Shown here: piece after piece, positions 26,801 through 38,900 of the stretch
How positions within the stretch are numbered: the stretch's first letter is position 1
How the letters are laid out: each line of letters starts with the position of its first letter
DNA from: Diadema antillarum
Lineage: Eukaryota
Direction of reading: 5' to 3'
Assembly (NCBI RefSeq): GCF_040938485.1
Contig: NW_027271714.1
Span: forward strand, 124,001 to 188,000
DNA length: 64,000 nt
Translations under genes and position numbers: made by a program
Notes under the pieces: model-generated
Seen by the model: only the letters and a program-made list of their open reading frames with translations
What the model was told of the DNA's origin: nothing
Databases searched by the model: none

Positions 26801-29800
26801 TTCTCCTTCCTACTGTAAGACAGTTAAAAATTCTCAAGGTACTTAACATACCTGTATCACTCCAATCTCATTGTTGGCATGCATGATGGTGATGAGACAA
26901 GTGGCCGGTCTGATGGCATCCATGACTGCCTCCACCTCTACTCTACCGGTCTTGGTGGACGCCGGCACAAAGGTGACATCAGCTGGTGGAAAAAAGAAAG
27001 AGACATTGAAACAAACTAATCTCAATTCCTTCACTTAATCATCTTCTTCATCTACTTTCCTTTGCAATCACATTGGAGTGCCTTAGAACTGACAATGAAA
27101 ATATATGTGAAAGGCAGATGGTGACAGAGAAGTGTACAATGATACATTGCAATTTATCCTTCAATGTGATTTGTTAGTTAAATGTTATGATGGTGAAAAA
27201 TAATGATTTATCGTCAGAAATGTCGGGACAAATGAGTGGACAGTACAGTGCAGCATTGATAACATAAATTGATTATCATATTACACATGTCTCTGACAAT
27301 TATGGTATTGGTGAAGAAACAACAAAATACATTTTACTTCTTCAATGCAATCAAATTCAGTTTANNNNNNNNNNNNNNNNNNNNNNNNNNNNNNNNNNNN
27401 NNNNNNNNNNNNNNNNNNNNNNNNNNNNNNNNNNNNNNNNNNNNNNNNNNNNNNNNNNNNNNNNNNNNNNNNNNNNNNNNNNNNNNNNNNNNNNNNNNNN
27501 NNNNNNNNNNNNNNNNNNNNNNNNNNNNNNNNNNATTGAAAGTCTTTGCTATTAAACCTGAAGACAGACAGGGGTGTGGAAGATCATAGGGGTATTCCTG
27601 AAGAGATAAATAAAAGCTACATGAAAAACTAAAAAACACACATTAACCCGTTGAGGACGAGTCTCGTGTATACTCAGGCAAGGGTCTATGGGAAATACGT
27701 GTTGTAGCAAAATCAGTCCGTCCTCAACGGAGTAAATCATTTCAATATTTATAGGATATTCAAGATAAATCCATCTAATTGCAAGCTATCAAGTCAGACT
27801 TTACTCACCAATCCCTTCTTTGATGAGATGTTCCAGTGGAAGCTTAATAGAATCGTGCTCCAGGTTGGTTGTGATGATGTGGGGCTTGAGAGGGTGCCCT
27901 GCATCTCCATTGGCATTTCCGTCGCCATGGTGACAGGTCTTGAAATGTGTGATTGCTGTGTGTATTACAAGATTGTTTGCCTGAATTGGAAAACACACAC
28001 AAAAACAAATGTAAACAAAACAATATAAAACCATAATGACTGTTTCTCTTTGAAGAAATTATATTGTGCTACACTTTATACTTAATAAAAGTAATAGAGA
28101 GTTTGTGATAAAACCCAGAGTGATCATACTGTTAGGGGTCGCACTTAACTTTTTTTTAAACTAGCCAGGCGGACTACTTAGAATCAATTTTGACACTGAA
28201 GCAACATTTTGGCTAGCCAGATGGACTAGTTACTTCAGAATTTTATGATTTTTAGCTAGTCTGACATGATTTTGGGTGGCCAATGGCCAGCGGACCATCG
28301 CCAATTTCGAACCCTGAATCATGAAGATTGTTTGGTTGTGGGGGCCAAGATCTATATCATTACCTCATCTAATTTGCATATGGTTAGTGTGGTTGCGACT
28401 TTATTATCTTGTGAAAGCAAGTGATACTTTAACATTCTTTTTCCTTCTCATTCTTTACTAACTTTAGTAATAATCTCAATTTGCCATATGTATCGCAACC
28501 CCCCCCCCCCAAAAAAAAAGTGGAATTAAACATGGTTCACATCAGTAAGAGGATGACTTACATAACACTGAAATGGATTACAACATTATGACGTGATTGA
28601 AAAGCATGTGCTGTACTCTTTCATACCCACTGTAAAACTGTCACAACTTTACCAACCACAGGAGCCAAACTAACATAATTTCAATGGAGGGAATCAATCT
28701 TACTGATATATTAAAAAAAAGAGAACATTTTCCTATTTCATATTGTTTCATTCAATCCACTTCGATATCAACTCAAACAAGGAGTGGACTTTCACTTTAA
28801 CCCTTTCTTTTTCAAGGACTTTGGACAGTGTGTACAGCCATATGGCTTTTTCTTTGCCTATCAACACTAAAAGCACACAAAGGTTTAAGGAAAAAAAAAA
28901 ATATATATATAGTTTTTTAGACCTGCACCTCCACCTGTAAGAAAACTCTCTTAGCATTACCTCTGTGCCTCCAGATGTGAAGATGATGTCACCGGGGGAT
29001 GCCCCTATCATGTCTGCTACCTGTGCTCTGGCCTTGTTGATGACCTGCTTGGCAAGCTGACCTTTGACGCAAAGAATAGACAACATTCATGCAACACTAT
29101 TCTGGCAATATAATACAAAGCTTCACAAAGCAGCACAAGTCTTTTTTTGTGTGTGTTTCTTTACATAATTTTGCAAATAAGACCTGATGGAAATACATTA
29201 TAACTGATGCCAGTCAAATTTGGACAAATATTGAATACAGCATTTCTCTTTTGTCTCACTTATTTCTCATTGGATTGGGCACTGTTCTACTCTAGATTAA
29301 GAATTATCCCAATTTTGCTAAACGTTTGTGTATAGTGCAGTGATTTATCAAGATGAATGATTGAAAAAGCAATCTTTACTGCCTGGCATTTGTCAGATCT
29401 ACATCAAAGTTGTGACAATCTGGCTCCTTGTTTTGTTGTTGTTTTACTGCTCCATTTTGCACAGATATTCTCCAAGTTTCATTCAATTTCTCTCCTGTTC
29501 CCATGGGTCCCAATTACCTTGTGGATAAGAGCTGCTGGGGTTCCCCCAGGCTTCGGTCAGGGCATTGGTCACAGCTTCTACCACAGCAGGCTCCAAGGGC
29601 GTTGTGGCATTGTAATCCAGGTACACCCTGTTGAGACAATAATGTCCATTGCACAAGCTCTTCAGAATGAATATGCACAGCAAACAGTCGGTCTATAGTC
29701 TAATATTAAAGGAAAAGCTTGGATTTAAAAAATTTACTTGTAGAGAAACAGTTGTACTGTGGTCTATGTTATGTAACATAGTCATAATACTAATAATAGA

Positions 29801-30358
29801 CACCATGCACCAACTGATAAAACAATTTTGTTGTTGTCTTTCAATTTACATTTAGTGTCATATCAGCAGGTGTCAAGTTGTCAACAAAAAGTGTAAGATC
29901 ATGATTCGCATGAAGACGCCACATTCAACTTTATTAGGGTTCTATATCATAATTAATTTGGCATAGACGTAGTTAGTTTAGGTCCTACGTTCGAATGCTT
30001 TTAATTATAGTCATCCGATCGCTGTTGTGCATAAAATTAAAATTGTTCTTATCTCGTTCCATGATCTCGGAGACCCAGCCCTGGATTTTACTTGCACAGT
30101 CACCATTTTATTGTACATACAACTTTTTCACTGTCACCTACTCTTCTTACACTGTCACCTACTGTCGCACACCCATCCCAGTTTAGCTTATGGACAAGCT
30201 GCCATCGCCCATCGGGATTATATCTTCAAGGTTCAAGCCTGGTTCAAGATGATGACATGACATGATTGATTGACTGTGGTTTTCTGTTTATGTTAATTAT
30301 CAAAATATTAAATTCTGAGTTCTGACACTTACTTTGACTTCGTTGAATCACTAGCCAT
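17896..30358 (-). CDS. SCLY: Selenocysteine lyase (PLP-dependent, class-V aminotransferase fold), 12 exons, 420 aa
   Basis: Exons 30358-30333, 29627-29518, 29061-28961, 27980-27809, 26982-26852, 26153-25998, 25387-25281, 24555-24519, 21855-21772, 21134-21035, 20004-19929, 18058-17896. All phases are consistent and total 1263 nt. Motifs: [22 protein letters not shown] (Asp typical of SCLY rather than NFS1 EHK), HTDAAQ, VGHKFYGP (PLP Lys), GAACHS (catalytic Cys), LRLSVGR. Confidence 0.95.
19021..19843. mobile_element. Helentron-associated (HINE/DINE-1/pearl-like) non-autonomous element; related pieces at 1-28/603-800, 950-1220 and 31080-31320
   Basis: Subterminal inverted repeat gctcacctgag / gctcaggtgagc, internal tandem blocks, a (GACG)n-type microsatellite at about 19726-19797 and a 3' gctcacttg..gctcaggtgagctaaaaa hairpin. 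The superfamily assignment is inferred from architecture. Confidence 0.6.
20213..20670. mobile_element. TIR element (hAT/P-like CAGGG termini, 7-bp direct repeat CCTAAAC)
   Basis: cagggctccacactaac ... gttagtgtcgagccctg, with internal ggtggccc repeats. Confidence 0.75.
22247..24101 (-). mobile_element. 5'-truncated LINE (L2/CR1-group) in SCLY intron 8
   Basis: ORFs 24060-22981 and 22896-22420 are the same frame, interrupted by one TGA. RT motifs include [31 protein letters not shown] and YADDTQIY. The 3' end has an agcgct...aagcgctttataaat stem and a (TAT)n tail. TSD gtgttttc(a/g)tcataaaa at 22230-22246 and 24102-24118. Confidence 0.92.
27365..27534. other. Assembly gap (170 N) in SCLY intron 4
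   Basis: Run of N. The flanking SCLY exons join in frame without missing homologous residues. Confidence 0.99.
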
Positions 30359-30379
30359 ATCCGCGATGTAAAAGCGATG

Positions 30380-30600
30380 GACAACGTAAACGGTAAGAGA
30401 TCCCGCGAGACCGGCTGAGCTGATCAAGATGCCGCTGAACCCCCGAGTTTTATGAGAGCCACGAGAGCTGCGCTGCGTGCAACAATCAGTGGGGACTCGC
30501 GATCACCTGATAATATGTAGAGCTGTCACATGACCACAAATCCAGCAGAACTGTGTACCAGTGCCAGCCAGTCACATGATCGAGTAGGTGAGTATAAAAT
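30380..30600. promoter_or_regulatory. Probable bidirectional promoter SCLY(-)/arylsulfatase(+) with two MiT/TFE-type E-boxes
   Basis: CpG-rich island directly upstream of the SCLY ATG (30358). GTCACATGAC at 30525-30534 and GTCACATGAT at 30571-30580. A + strand donor tag|gtgagt at 30588 could supply the non-coding exon demanded by the acceptor just before the arylsulfatase ATG. Confidence 0.5.
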
Positions 30601-32571
30601 TGACGGGAATATTATCCTATTTGACAGCGCTGCAATAACTTATGGTCAAAGTTTTGTGCTGCTACATAAAAAAAGTCATAGCTTCACCAGCTGTGAAGAA
30701 TTACCCATTAGTGAGTATTCAACATTCATGATTCACGGCATTTTACTCGATCTCGATATCTCGAGTCAACTGCGACGCCGACGGTTCGGTAGATCGCACC
30801 AGCCCTTGACAGGCGAGGCGTTTGCCGCGCCGTTGATCGTCGATCACGTACATAGCTGCGCTAATTTCATGAGTGCATACCGTCATTCCAGCAGGTTAGC
30901 ACTATACCCAGTAATAGCAGTGCAGTGAAGTATAATTATGTCAGTACAATAATAGACCCTGAGTCCTGAGAGATGATGTGGGAATGAAAAAAGACAAATT
31001 AAATTCTAGGTGGCATTGGCATTGCTATAAATTGCACAGATGCCCACAAATTGAAATTAAGTGCATCTGATCTGTGTTTTACCTTCGCCAAGGGAGGAGG
31101 TTATGTTTTCGTTACCGTTGCCACGTTGGTTTGTTGGTTTCATGGTTTGTTTGTTTGTTTGTCCGTGGGCAAAATAACTCAAAAAGTTTTGCACGGATTT
31201 AGATGAATGAAACTCGCAGGAAAGGTTAAGAATGACACAAGGAACAGATGATTGAATTTTGGTAGTGATCTGGAAATTTTTATGGATTTTATGAAGGATT
31301 TTCGATATTTTACCAGGTAGGGTCAATTAAAGAGAATTAACAGATAGAGGTCTAATGAACTTGGAAGTTCAAGCTGTGCATTTCTGAGGTTTTCATTCGC
31401 GTACTAAAGTGCGTGCTCTAGTTTCTGCTGGGACGAGGAGCGCTGCACTGCTGAGGCACTGAGGGTTTATGATGTAACAGAGGCTTCTACATGTGTATAT
31501 TGGGAAATCAGGCGATTTTTCAGTGTGTGATCTCTGTGGAAGAGCAAGATCATCGGTGCAAAGTAGCTGCTTGGCGGAGGTCTGCGCCCTGAGAGTGTTT
31601 TCTAATTTTTTTTTTTTTTTTTTTTTAAAGGTGTCCATATAAAATTGTGCCTCAGCAAGAGAATTTCCAATATCTATTGAACTCATAAAATCAAAATTAT
31701 GTCCACTCTGGTGGAGCAGTAACCTCGGGGCACTATAACGCTTCACGTTTGGGCCGGTGCAGGGGATTTCAAACATGATGATTAACTTGGTAATTATGAC
31801 AAATAAGTGCACTTCCAGCTATCTCAGAGAGCTTTCAAATATTTTGATTTACTTTAAGTAGCGATTCTATTATTGGGAAAAGAATACGGCATGTACCAGT
31901 GCTGTAGATTATCTATTCATTTTGAAAGTGAAAGTAGAAAATTGAGCTTTCATTTGTTGAGCATGTTTAGCCTGTTTAACTCTTTATGTGCCACGTTCGC
32001 ACGTCCGACTCAGTCGACGGCGTGCCAACTTCGCATATTCTGCTCAACAAACAAAGCCGCCAAAACCGATCGATAAATCGCTAATTCCACGGCACAATCA
32101 AAGCGTTTCTCGCGCTTTTGTTCCTCTCACATATGGCTTGCATTCTATGTGGTGAATGACTATCAAGCGATGTTCCCATTCAACTAGATTTTGCATGTAC
32201 ACTTTAAGTTTCTGTTACTATTTTATGTGCAAAAGTCATTCCTTTCCAGTAATGTAGCAACTGGTAATTCGAAAGAAAAATTGAAAATATAATTGTTATA
32301 CATTGTATATAGAAGCAAAGTTTGGCATTCCTCTCTAACTTTGCTCACTATTATGTCCAGCTTAGCAGAAATTTGTAGAAGTTATACAGATTGGAAAAAC
32401 AGAATTCTTTCTCTAAGCATGACTATCTTCCGTGTTTCAGAATAACGTGCCACACAGGGGGTTTCCACCATGGCACATAAAGAGTTCAAGCACACACTTT
32501 ATACAGTCCTGATTGAGGACTGATGTTAATCATTCTGTCTGTCTTTCTGCCAGAACAGGTTTCAGGACACG

Positions 32572-32906
32572 ATGTATTCCATCTCATCCTCATTACTCCT
32601 CTGCTGCTCCGTACTGCTACTATGTCTCGCTTCAATTCATTGCGCACCAACGAGACCGAACATCGTCTTCATCCTGGCAGACGATTATGGTTACCATGAC
32701 ATCGGTTACCATGGCTCAGAGATCAAAACTCCCAATCTGGATAAGCTGGCTGCTGAGGGTGTAAAACTTGAGAACTACTATGTGCAGCCAATTTGCACAC
32801 CAACAAGGAGCCAGTTGATGAGTGGGAAATACCAGGTTTGGGAAAGCCTCATTATCAGTAAAGAAACAAATATGATAACAAAATGTTTAAAAAGCACACA
32901 TACACC

Positions 32907-32939
<33 letters not shown>

Positions 32940-35900
32940 CTAACCTTACTTGTTTCCTTGTGAAATGTCCTCAGTTTAGCTGATGACACATATTGAGGTT
33001 AGTTATTACCACTACCATTTTATTGTGATCCACAGTGCATGCACATTGACTCAATCATGCCATTCTATAACTGGATACTAGATTTGTTCTACATTATTGA
33101 AGAGAAATGCATTGCAAGTTTGAATTCTCTTGATAAACAGGTAAATTAGCCAAAAGTTTAGAAAGGAGATTGGCAACTAATAAGGAAAGAAACAGCCATA
33201 AATTAACATGTAGAATCTCAATTGCAGACTTGTGGCCCAAGTCCCACCTAAAGGAAGATGTGCAAATCCTAAGTAAAGATATGTTTCTTGCTTTCTTTGT
33301 TCTTTTTTTTTATCAGCGAACATATCTTTTGTGTTTCTTAACATGAAATGCCCATAAGAAAGAGTTAGTTGTCTGAGAGTTGTAAAATACTTGTTTGTGC
33401 CATAGATTTTTCAAGTAAATCTGTCTTACAATTGATTTCAACTCAATAAAAAAAGGCTTGTATGGATTAGCTATAATGAGTATGATGTGAATTTGAACTT
33501 TATACTATGATAGATTAATTCTGTCTTGTTTTGCTATTTTGTTTTTACTGATTTCAAATTCAGATTCACACAGGGTTACAGCATAGCATCATATGGTCAC
33601 CCCAGCCAAGCTGCCTTCCTGTGGAGGACCCCACCCTAGCTGACCAGCTCCTGAAGGTAGGGTACGCTACACACATCGTGGGCAAGTGGCATCTTGGCTT
33701 CTACAAGAAGGCCTGCTGGCCCACCAGGAGGGGCTTCCAAACATTCTTTGGTGAGACAAACATCCCCTTGGGTTTCAGGGTTCAAACCCCAAAATATGGC
33801 ACTAGTGTCCCTGAGTAAATTGCTTTTTAACCATTGCCTCCGAATTTCAGTAATTTCCATAGATTCAATGTTTGGCACTTAACTCTGTTGGCATTAGCAA
33901 TGAGTTCATATTATACACAACACTTTAATAAAATTTTGTTGGATATCGGGATTACTTGCCCCCTAAAAACACTCCTATCTTTCTTTAGACTAAGGACTTT
34001 CTGTCTTCCCAGTATGTGAATTTGCCAATCTACATTGCACGTGAGGTTAACCCCAAAAGAGAAATATCACCAAATGGATAGTTATTTGATTTAGTTGTTG
34101 TATTTAGGACTGCTACTAGGATCCATGCTGGCTTTGGGGACACAATAAGAATCCATGAAAATGAAGAAAATTCAAACCTCAAGAATCCATCTACAAGGTA
34201 TTTTTAATAGCGAGGCCACCAAACTGTGCTCTGTCGTAGATCCTGTCTACCAGTAATTCCTAAACTGATCAATGAGCTCAAACACCAGACATGCTCTTTG
34301 TTCACATCCAGGCTACCTCACAGGTTCAGAAGATTACTACAAACACACTCACCCATCCAACGGCTGGAATGGTAAGGACCTCCGAGATGGCGAGACGGAA
34401 GTGGAAGATGAATACAAGGGAAAATATTCTACTCACATCTTTGCCAAGAGAGCGGAGGAAATTATCCACAACCATGATGCTACTCAGGTATACATAAAAG
34501 ATTTAAGCTTACCTTCTGAGTCACTTTCCCCTCTTCTCTTTTGTTTTATTTTATAGCCATTTGGCACTTAGATATCTGCAACTTTCAACCCAGCTTTTCA
34601 ATGTTTGCTTATCATGGGGGTTTGCTTCCCAGTCACTTGCATGTTTCTCTGTTGGTAATCTCATAAATTTAATTGTTGGCGTTGCCTCTCGAACTCATGT
34701 AGGTATGCATTGCATGATCTTGATCAGACTTAACTTAATTTCATTACATGCACAACAAATCCATGATCAATGCAAGTGGTTTTATTGAATTAAGTTGCTT
34801 TTTTTTAATCATGCAATAATATGTAGGCCTATTGCTTCTTATAAGGGCCAAATATTGTTAATGACAGAGCATTGCTTGTTTGACAAAGTAAAAAAAAAAG
34901 ATATCATGTCTGTTGTGTGACATCGATTCCCCATGACCAATTTCAGAGTTATGTTGCACAATTGTAAATGTGCACAAAGCAAATGATATTCAGAGGGCCC
35001 AATGTACATGAATGTGTGACAGACAGTTTAGATCAAAATGAATGACATTTACAACAGGAAATACAAAATTTACAGAAACAGATGTGCACTCCTCCAACCA
35101 CTTGATGGTTAGGTGTGAGTTGCTGCAGAAATGTTATTCTTGTTCTTAGCCAATACTTTATTTTTTTATTTACGTGAGTATTTGTTTTCTTTTCCCTCCA
35201 GCCATTGTTTTTGTACATCCCTTTTCAAGCTGTCCATAGCCCACTCCAAGTCCCTGTCTCGTACACAGAGCAGTACAGCTTCATTCAGAACAAGGCAAGA
35301 CGGCAGTACGCTGGAATGGTGTCCTGCATGGATGAAGCTGTGGGAAATATCACACAAGCCTTGAAAAAGACTAAACTGTGGGATGATACAGTCCTCATAT
35401 TTTCCACAGGTATACCAAATATCAGGCCTTGTCTTTTTTTATGGAGGGAGGGGGATTGTGAATGGAGTGGAAGAACTGTTTCCTTTCAGTTATTCAGTTG
35501 AGGAATCACATCATAGGTCATATATATAAGTTCATTTTCAGTTCATTTCAGTTCAAGCCATTTTGGATAAAGCATCTTAAAAAGCTTCCACAATTGCGCA
35601 CTTTACGGTTAGACAAAGGTATGAAATATGAACATATTGAAGAATAATGAAGCCAAGATATGCTTGAAAGGTGCAAGATTGAGCAGGAATTTACATTTTG
35701 AACATCATTTGCTGTGACAGTAATATGTGGGGGGGTCATCCAACGAGACCCATACCCACAAGTCATATGACCCATGATTTTGACACTTAAAAAAAAGGTC
35801 CATGAGTCATACAGCCCATGAGTTGGACACGAGGCAAATAAGGCCCGTGGGTCGACACTGGGTAAAAACAGCCCAAGAGTTCGAAATGTGTCAGTCTCTT

Positions 35901-38900
35901 GGGCCTTATTTGCGTAGTGTCAATTTCATGGGCTGTATGATTCGTTGGTGTCGGTCTCGTCTAGGCTGATTAGTAATACAAAGTGATCCTTTTTTTTTTA
36001 ATTTGAGTTTTTGATGATCTGCTCTTAGAAATTTCTCTGCTTTCATGAAATGTGATATACATGTAATTATGAGCATTAGGAATTGGCCTATTGTTTTACA
36101 TGCCTACTGTCTTACACACATGGATGCATCTGAATTTCAGAACCGATACTAGTATATTTTTTCAACTACATTGTATGTTTGTCATATGACTGACTGCTTT
36201 AAAATTTCTTTGTTTTCTAGGCTTTGGAAATAGAGTATGTCAAATCATATACAGAAAAGCCTACCATTTCTATGCAAGGTTATTGGAAATAGAACCTTAA
36301 GAATTATGGAATTTTAAAAAGCTTACCATACCTGTTCAGGGATATTGGAAGTAATTTAAGAAAACAAATACGTTATTGGAAAGTCTACTATTCTGTTCAA
36401 GATAATTGTAAATAATAAAATCAAAAAATATATAATATATTATTAGAAAGCCTTTCATTTCTGTGCAAGGTTATTGGGAGTAAAAATGAAAAATTATATA
36501 TTATTGGAAAGTATTCTGTAGAGGAGTATTGCACTTATTATTGGAGAGCTTAGAGGCACTATTTACCAGTTGAAGATGAAACAAGTATAGTCGCCTATGT
36601 CTTAATCTCTATTTCCATGTCTTGATCTCTGTAGTCACCTGTCTTAATCTCTATTTCCATGTCTTCTCCCATTGCATCTCAACCAAGATAATGGAGGACA
36701 AATTCTTTCAGGAGGAAACAACTGGCCCCTTCGGGGTTGGAAGAAATCCCTGTGGGAAGGGGGTGTACATGGGGTGGGGTTCGTCGCCAGCCCCCTCCTG
36801 GACCCATCAGTGAGAGGTACAGTCAGCAAGGAGCTAATCCATGTCAGTGATTGGTATCCCACACTGGTGCAGGGCGTGGCAGGGGGTACAGTCAACAGCT
36901 CCGCCCTAGATGGATACAACGTCTGGAATGCGATCAGGTTGGTATTTCCTGTGTGACAGATTTGAGAAGCAAACTGCCAATATTGTTCCATTCATTACTA
37001 ATCTCTGCCATTCTTTTACTCATACTCATTGTGAAAAAACAAATTATGAAAATGGATGTCCAGGTGTAACCATGGAGTTGATGACTGGTGTAGGATTTGT
37101 GTTTTGTGTCATAAGATGAGTCTAATGCAGATGTTACATTGGGTAAGACATTGTAGCTGCTGTACTTTATACACCAGCCATAACACCATCATGTTTGTGT
37201 CATGTGAGTCTAATGCAGATGTTTTCTTTGGTTTAGAAGTTGTACTACTTAACACCATAACACCTTTGTGTTTCATGTCATATGAGTCTATTTAAATGCA
37301 GATGTTTACATTGGGTAAGAAGTTGCAACTACATAAAATCATAGCACCATAAATTTCCAGTCCATTTCCAAATGACCATGCTATAAAATTAGATGTAAAT
37401 AATGCTCCGTTTCATAGTTTATTTGAAGAATATGTTGTACGACCAACTCAAAGAAAATATCATGTGACCATGCATCACAAAACGAACAAAAAGTCGCACC
37501 CCCTGATTTTACATGAGGACTCAAAAATGGTGAAACTCGTCAACCAAGTCAGTTTTGAGTTTTTCATATTTTCTGAAAGAGCTATTCTTCTTTTACACTA
37601 TTCCTAAGTATGGGATCATAAAATGAATGGGAAAGTGTGTTTTCAGCAGTTTTTCTACAACCTCTTTGTGTAAGATGGTGAGATCAGGTATGTCTTAGAG
37701 GCCCCTTTATATTTCTTAAAAATCCTTTGCACATTCTTCACTTTCAACTCTAATATTTTTTGAAAGAATAATGCTACTGCTTTGAAAGTTGGCAGTAATC
37801 ATGGACAGAATGTGTTAATAGAGCATACTTAATTTCAGCTTAATCCAATAATCCCTTTATTGTTGTTGCTCCAGTGGTTTACATCCTGTTTTTTGTCCCA
37901 TTCATCGCACAGCTAGCACGGTTTGGTGAAGCCTAAGCACTTGAATAGACCATGTACTTCAGAGCCTCTTTTCTCAGTTCACACTTTTCCAGAGTGCATG
38001 CTTTTTTTCCAATATTTAGATAGCTTAGGAGTTGAATGAGAGTCCATATGAATTGAGTTATACAAAATTTTAAAGCTTACAGTCTGTTCTTTCAGAATCT
38101 GCCCTTAACTAAAAATCCATGTCGGGAGACTTTTTGTTGGTTTTGTGATGCAGGGTCACATATACAGGTGAAAGCGATATTTTAATTTAAGACCAACATT
38201 TCATGGCTGTCCATATCTTTTCTTGAATATATCTACACCTATTCTCATTACAAATTACCAAAGCATTGAATTACTATCAACTTGAGTTGATATATTCCAA
38301 GAAAGATGAAAACGACAACAATTGACTACAGAGTACTCTTTATCAAATATCAACAAAGCATGAGCAAGTTATCAACTCGGAAGTTTTTTCCTGCATTTGA
38401 TTTTGTTTTTATTTGTAATTTTTAGCAAAGATTTATTATGTTTCACATTTATAAAACAAGTGTCGTGGATAGGTGGTACGTTAGGGGGCTGTGATGATGT
38501 GGTGATAGACCCCAGGACTCAAATGAATGAGTGGACGCAGGATTGTAGTTCACTTGACTTTATTGGTGTCAGTAAATCGACACACAAAAAAGAAAACCCT
38601 GCAAGAAACAGGAAACAATCATAAGTTTGTATTCAACATCTCATTTCTTAATAAATTGATCCCCCCTCTTTTTGCAATGCAAGAGCACTTCCCAAAATGT
38701 GAAAACTATATGTATATATGGTGCTAAATCTACAAATGTAATTACTTTCTATGCAGATCAAGATATAAGCTATGATGCAATACACAATAAATTGTCTTCA
38801 ACACTCGTGGACTCACTATCCACACAATTACGGGTGTATCTCGAATATCCAAACTTCCCAGGATATCCACAAAACTCTATAACTCGTTCATCGCCCAATA

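Noticed and set aside
27269-27639. ORFs containing poly-X
   Set aside because: Artefacts of the 170-N assembly gap.
30100-30260. Exon-like stretch with a duplicated cactgtcacctact in SCLY intron 1
   Set aside because: No frame gives an open, phase-compatible exon. The true first exon (30358-30333) already joins exon 2 in phase.
17896-30358. Possibility that SCLY is itself a selenoprotein with a SECIS, or is the cysteine desulfurase NFS1
   Set aside because: The reconstructed CDS has no in-frame TGA, and I could not recognise a SECIS. EHDS, GAACHS and the absence of a mitochondrial presequence fit SCLY, not NFS1.
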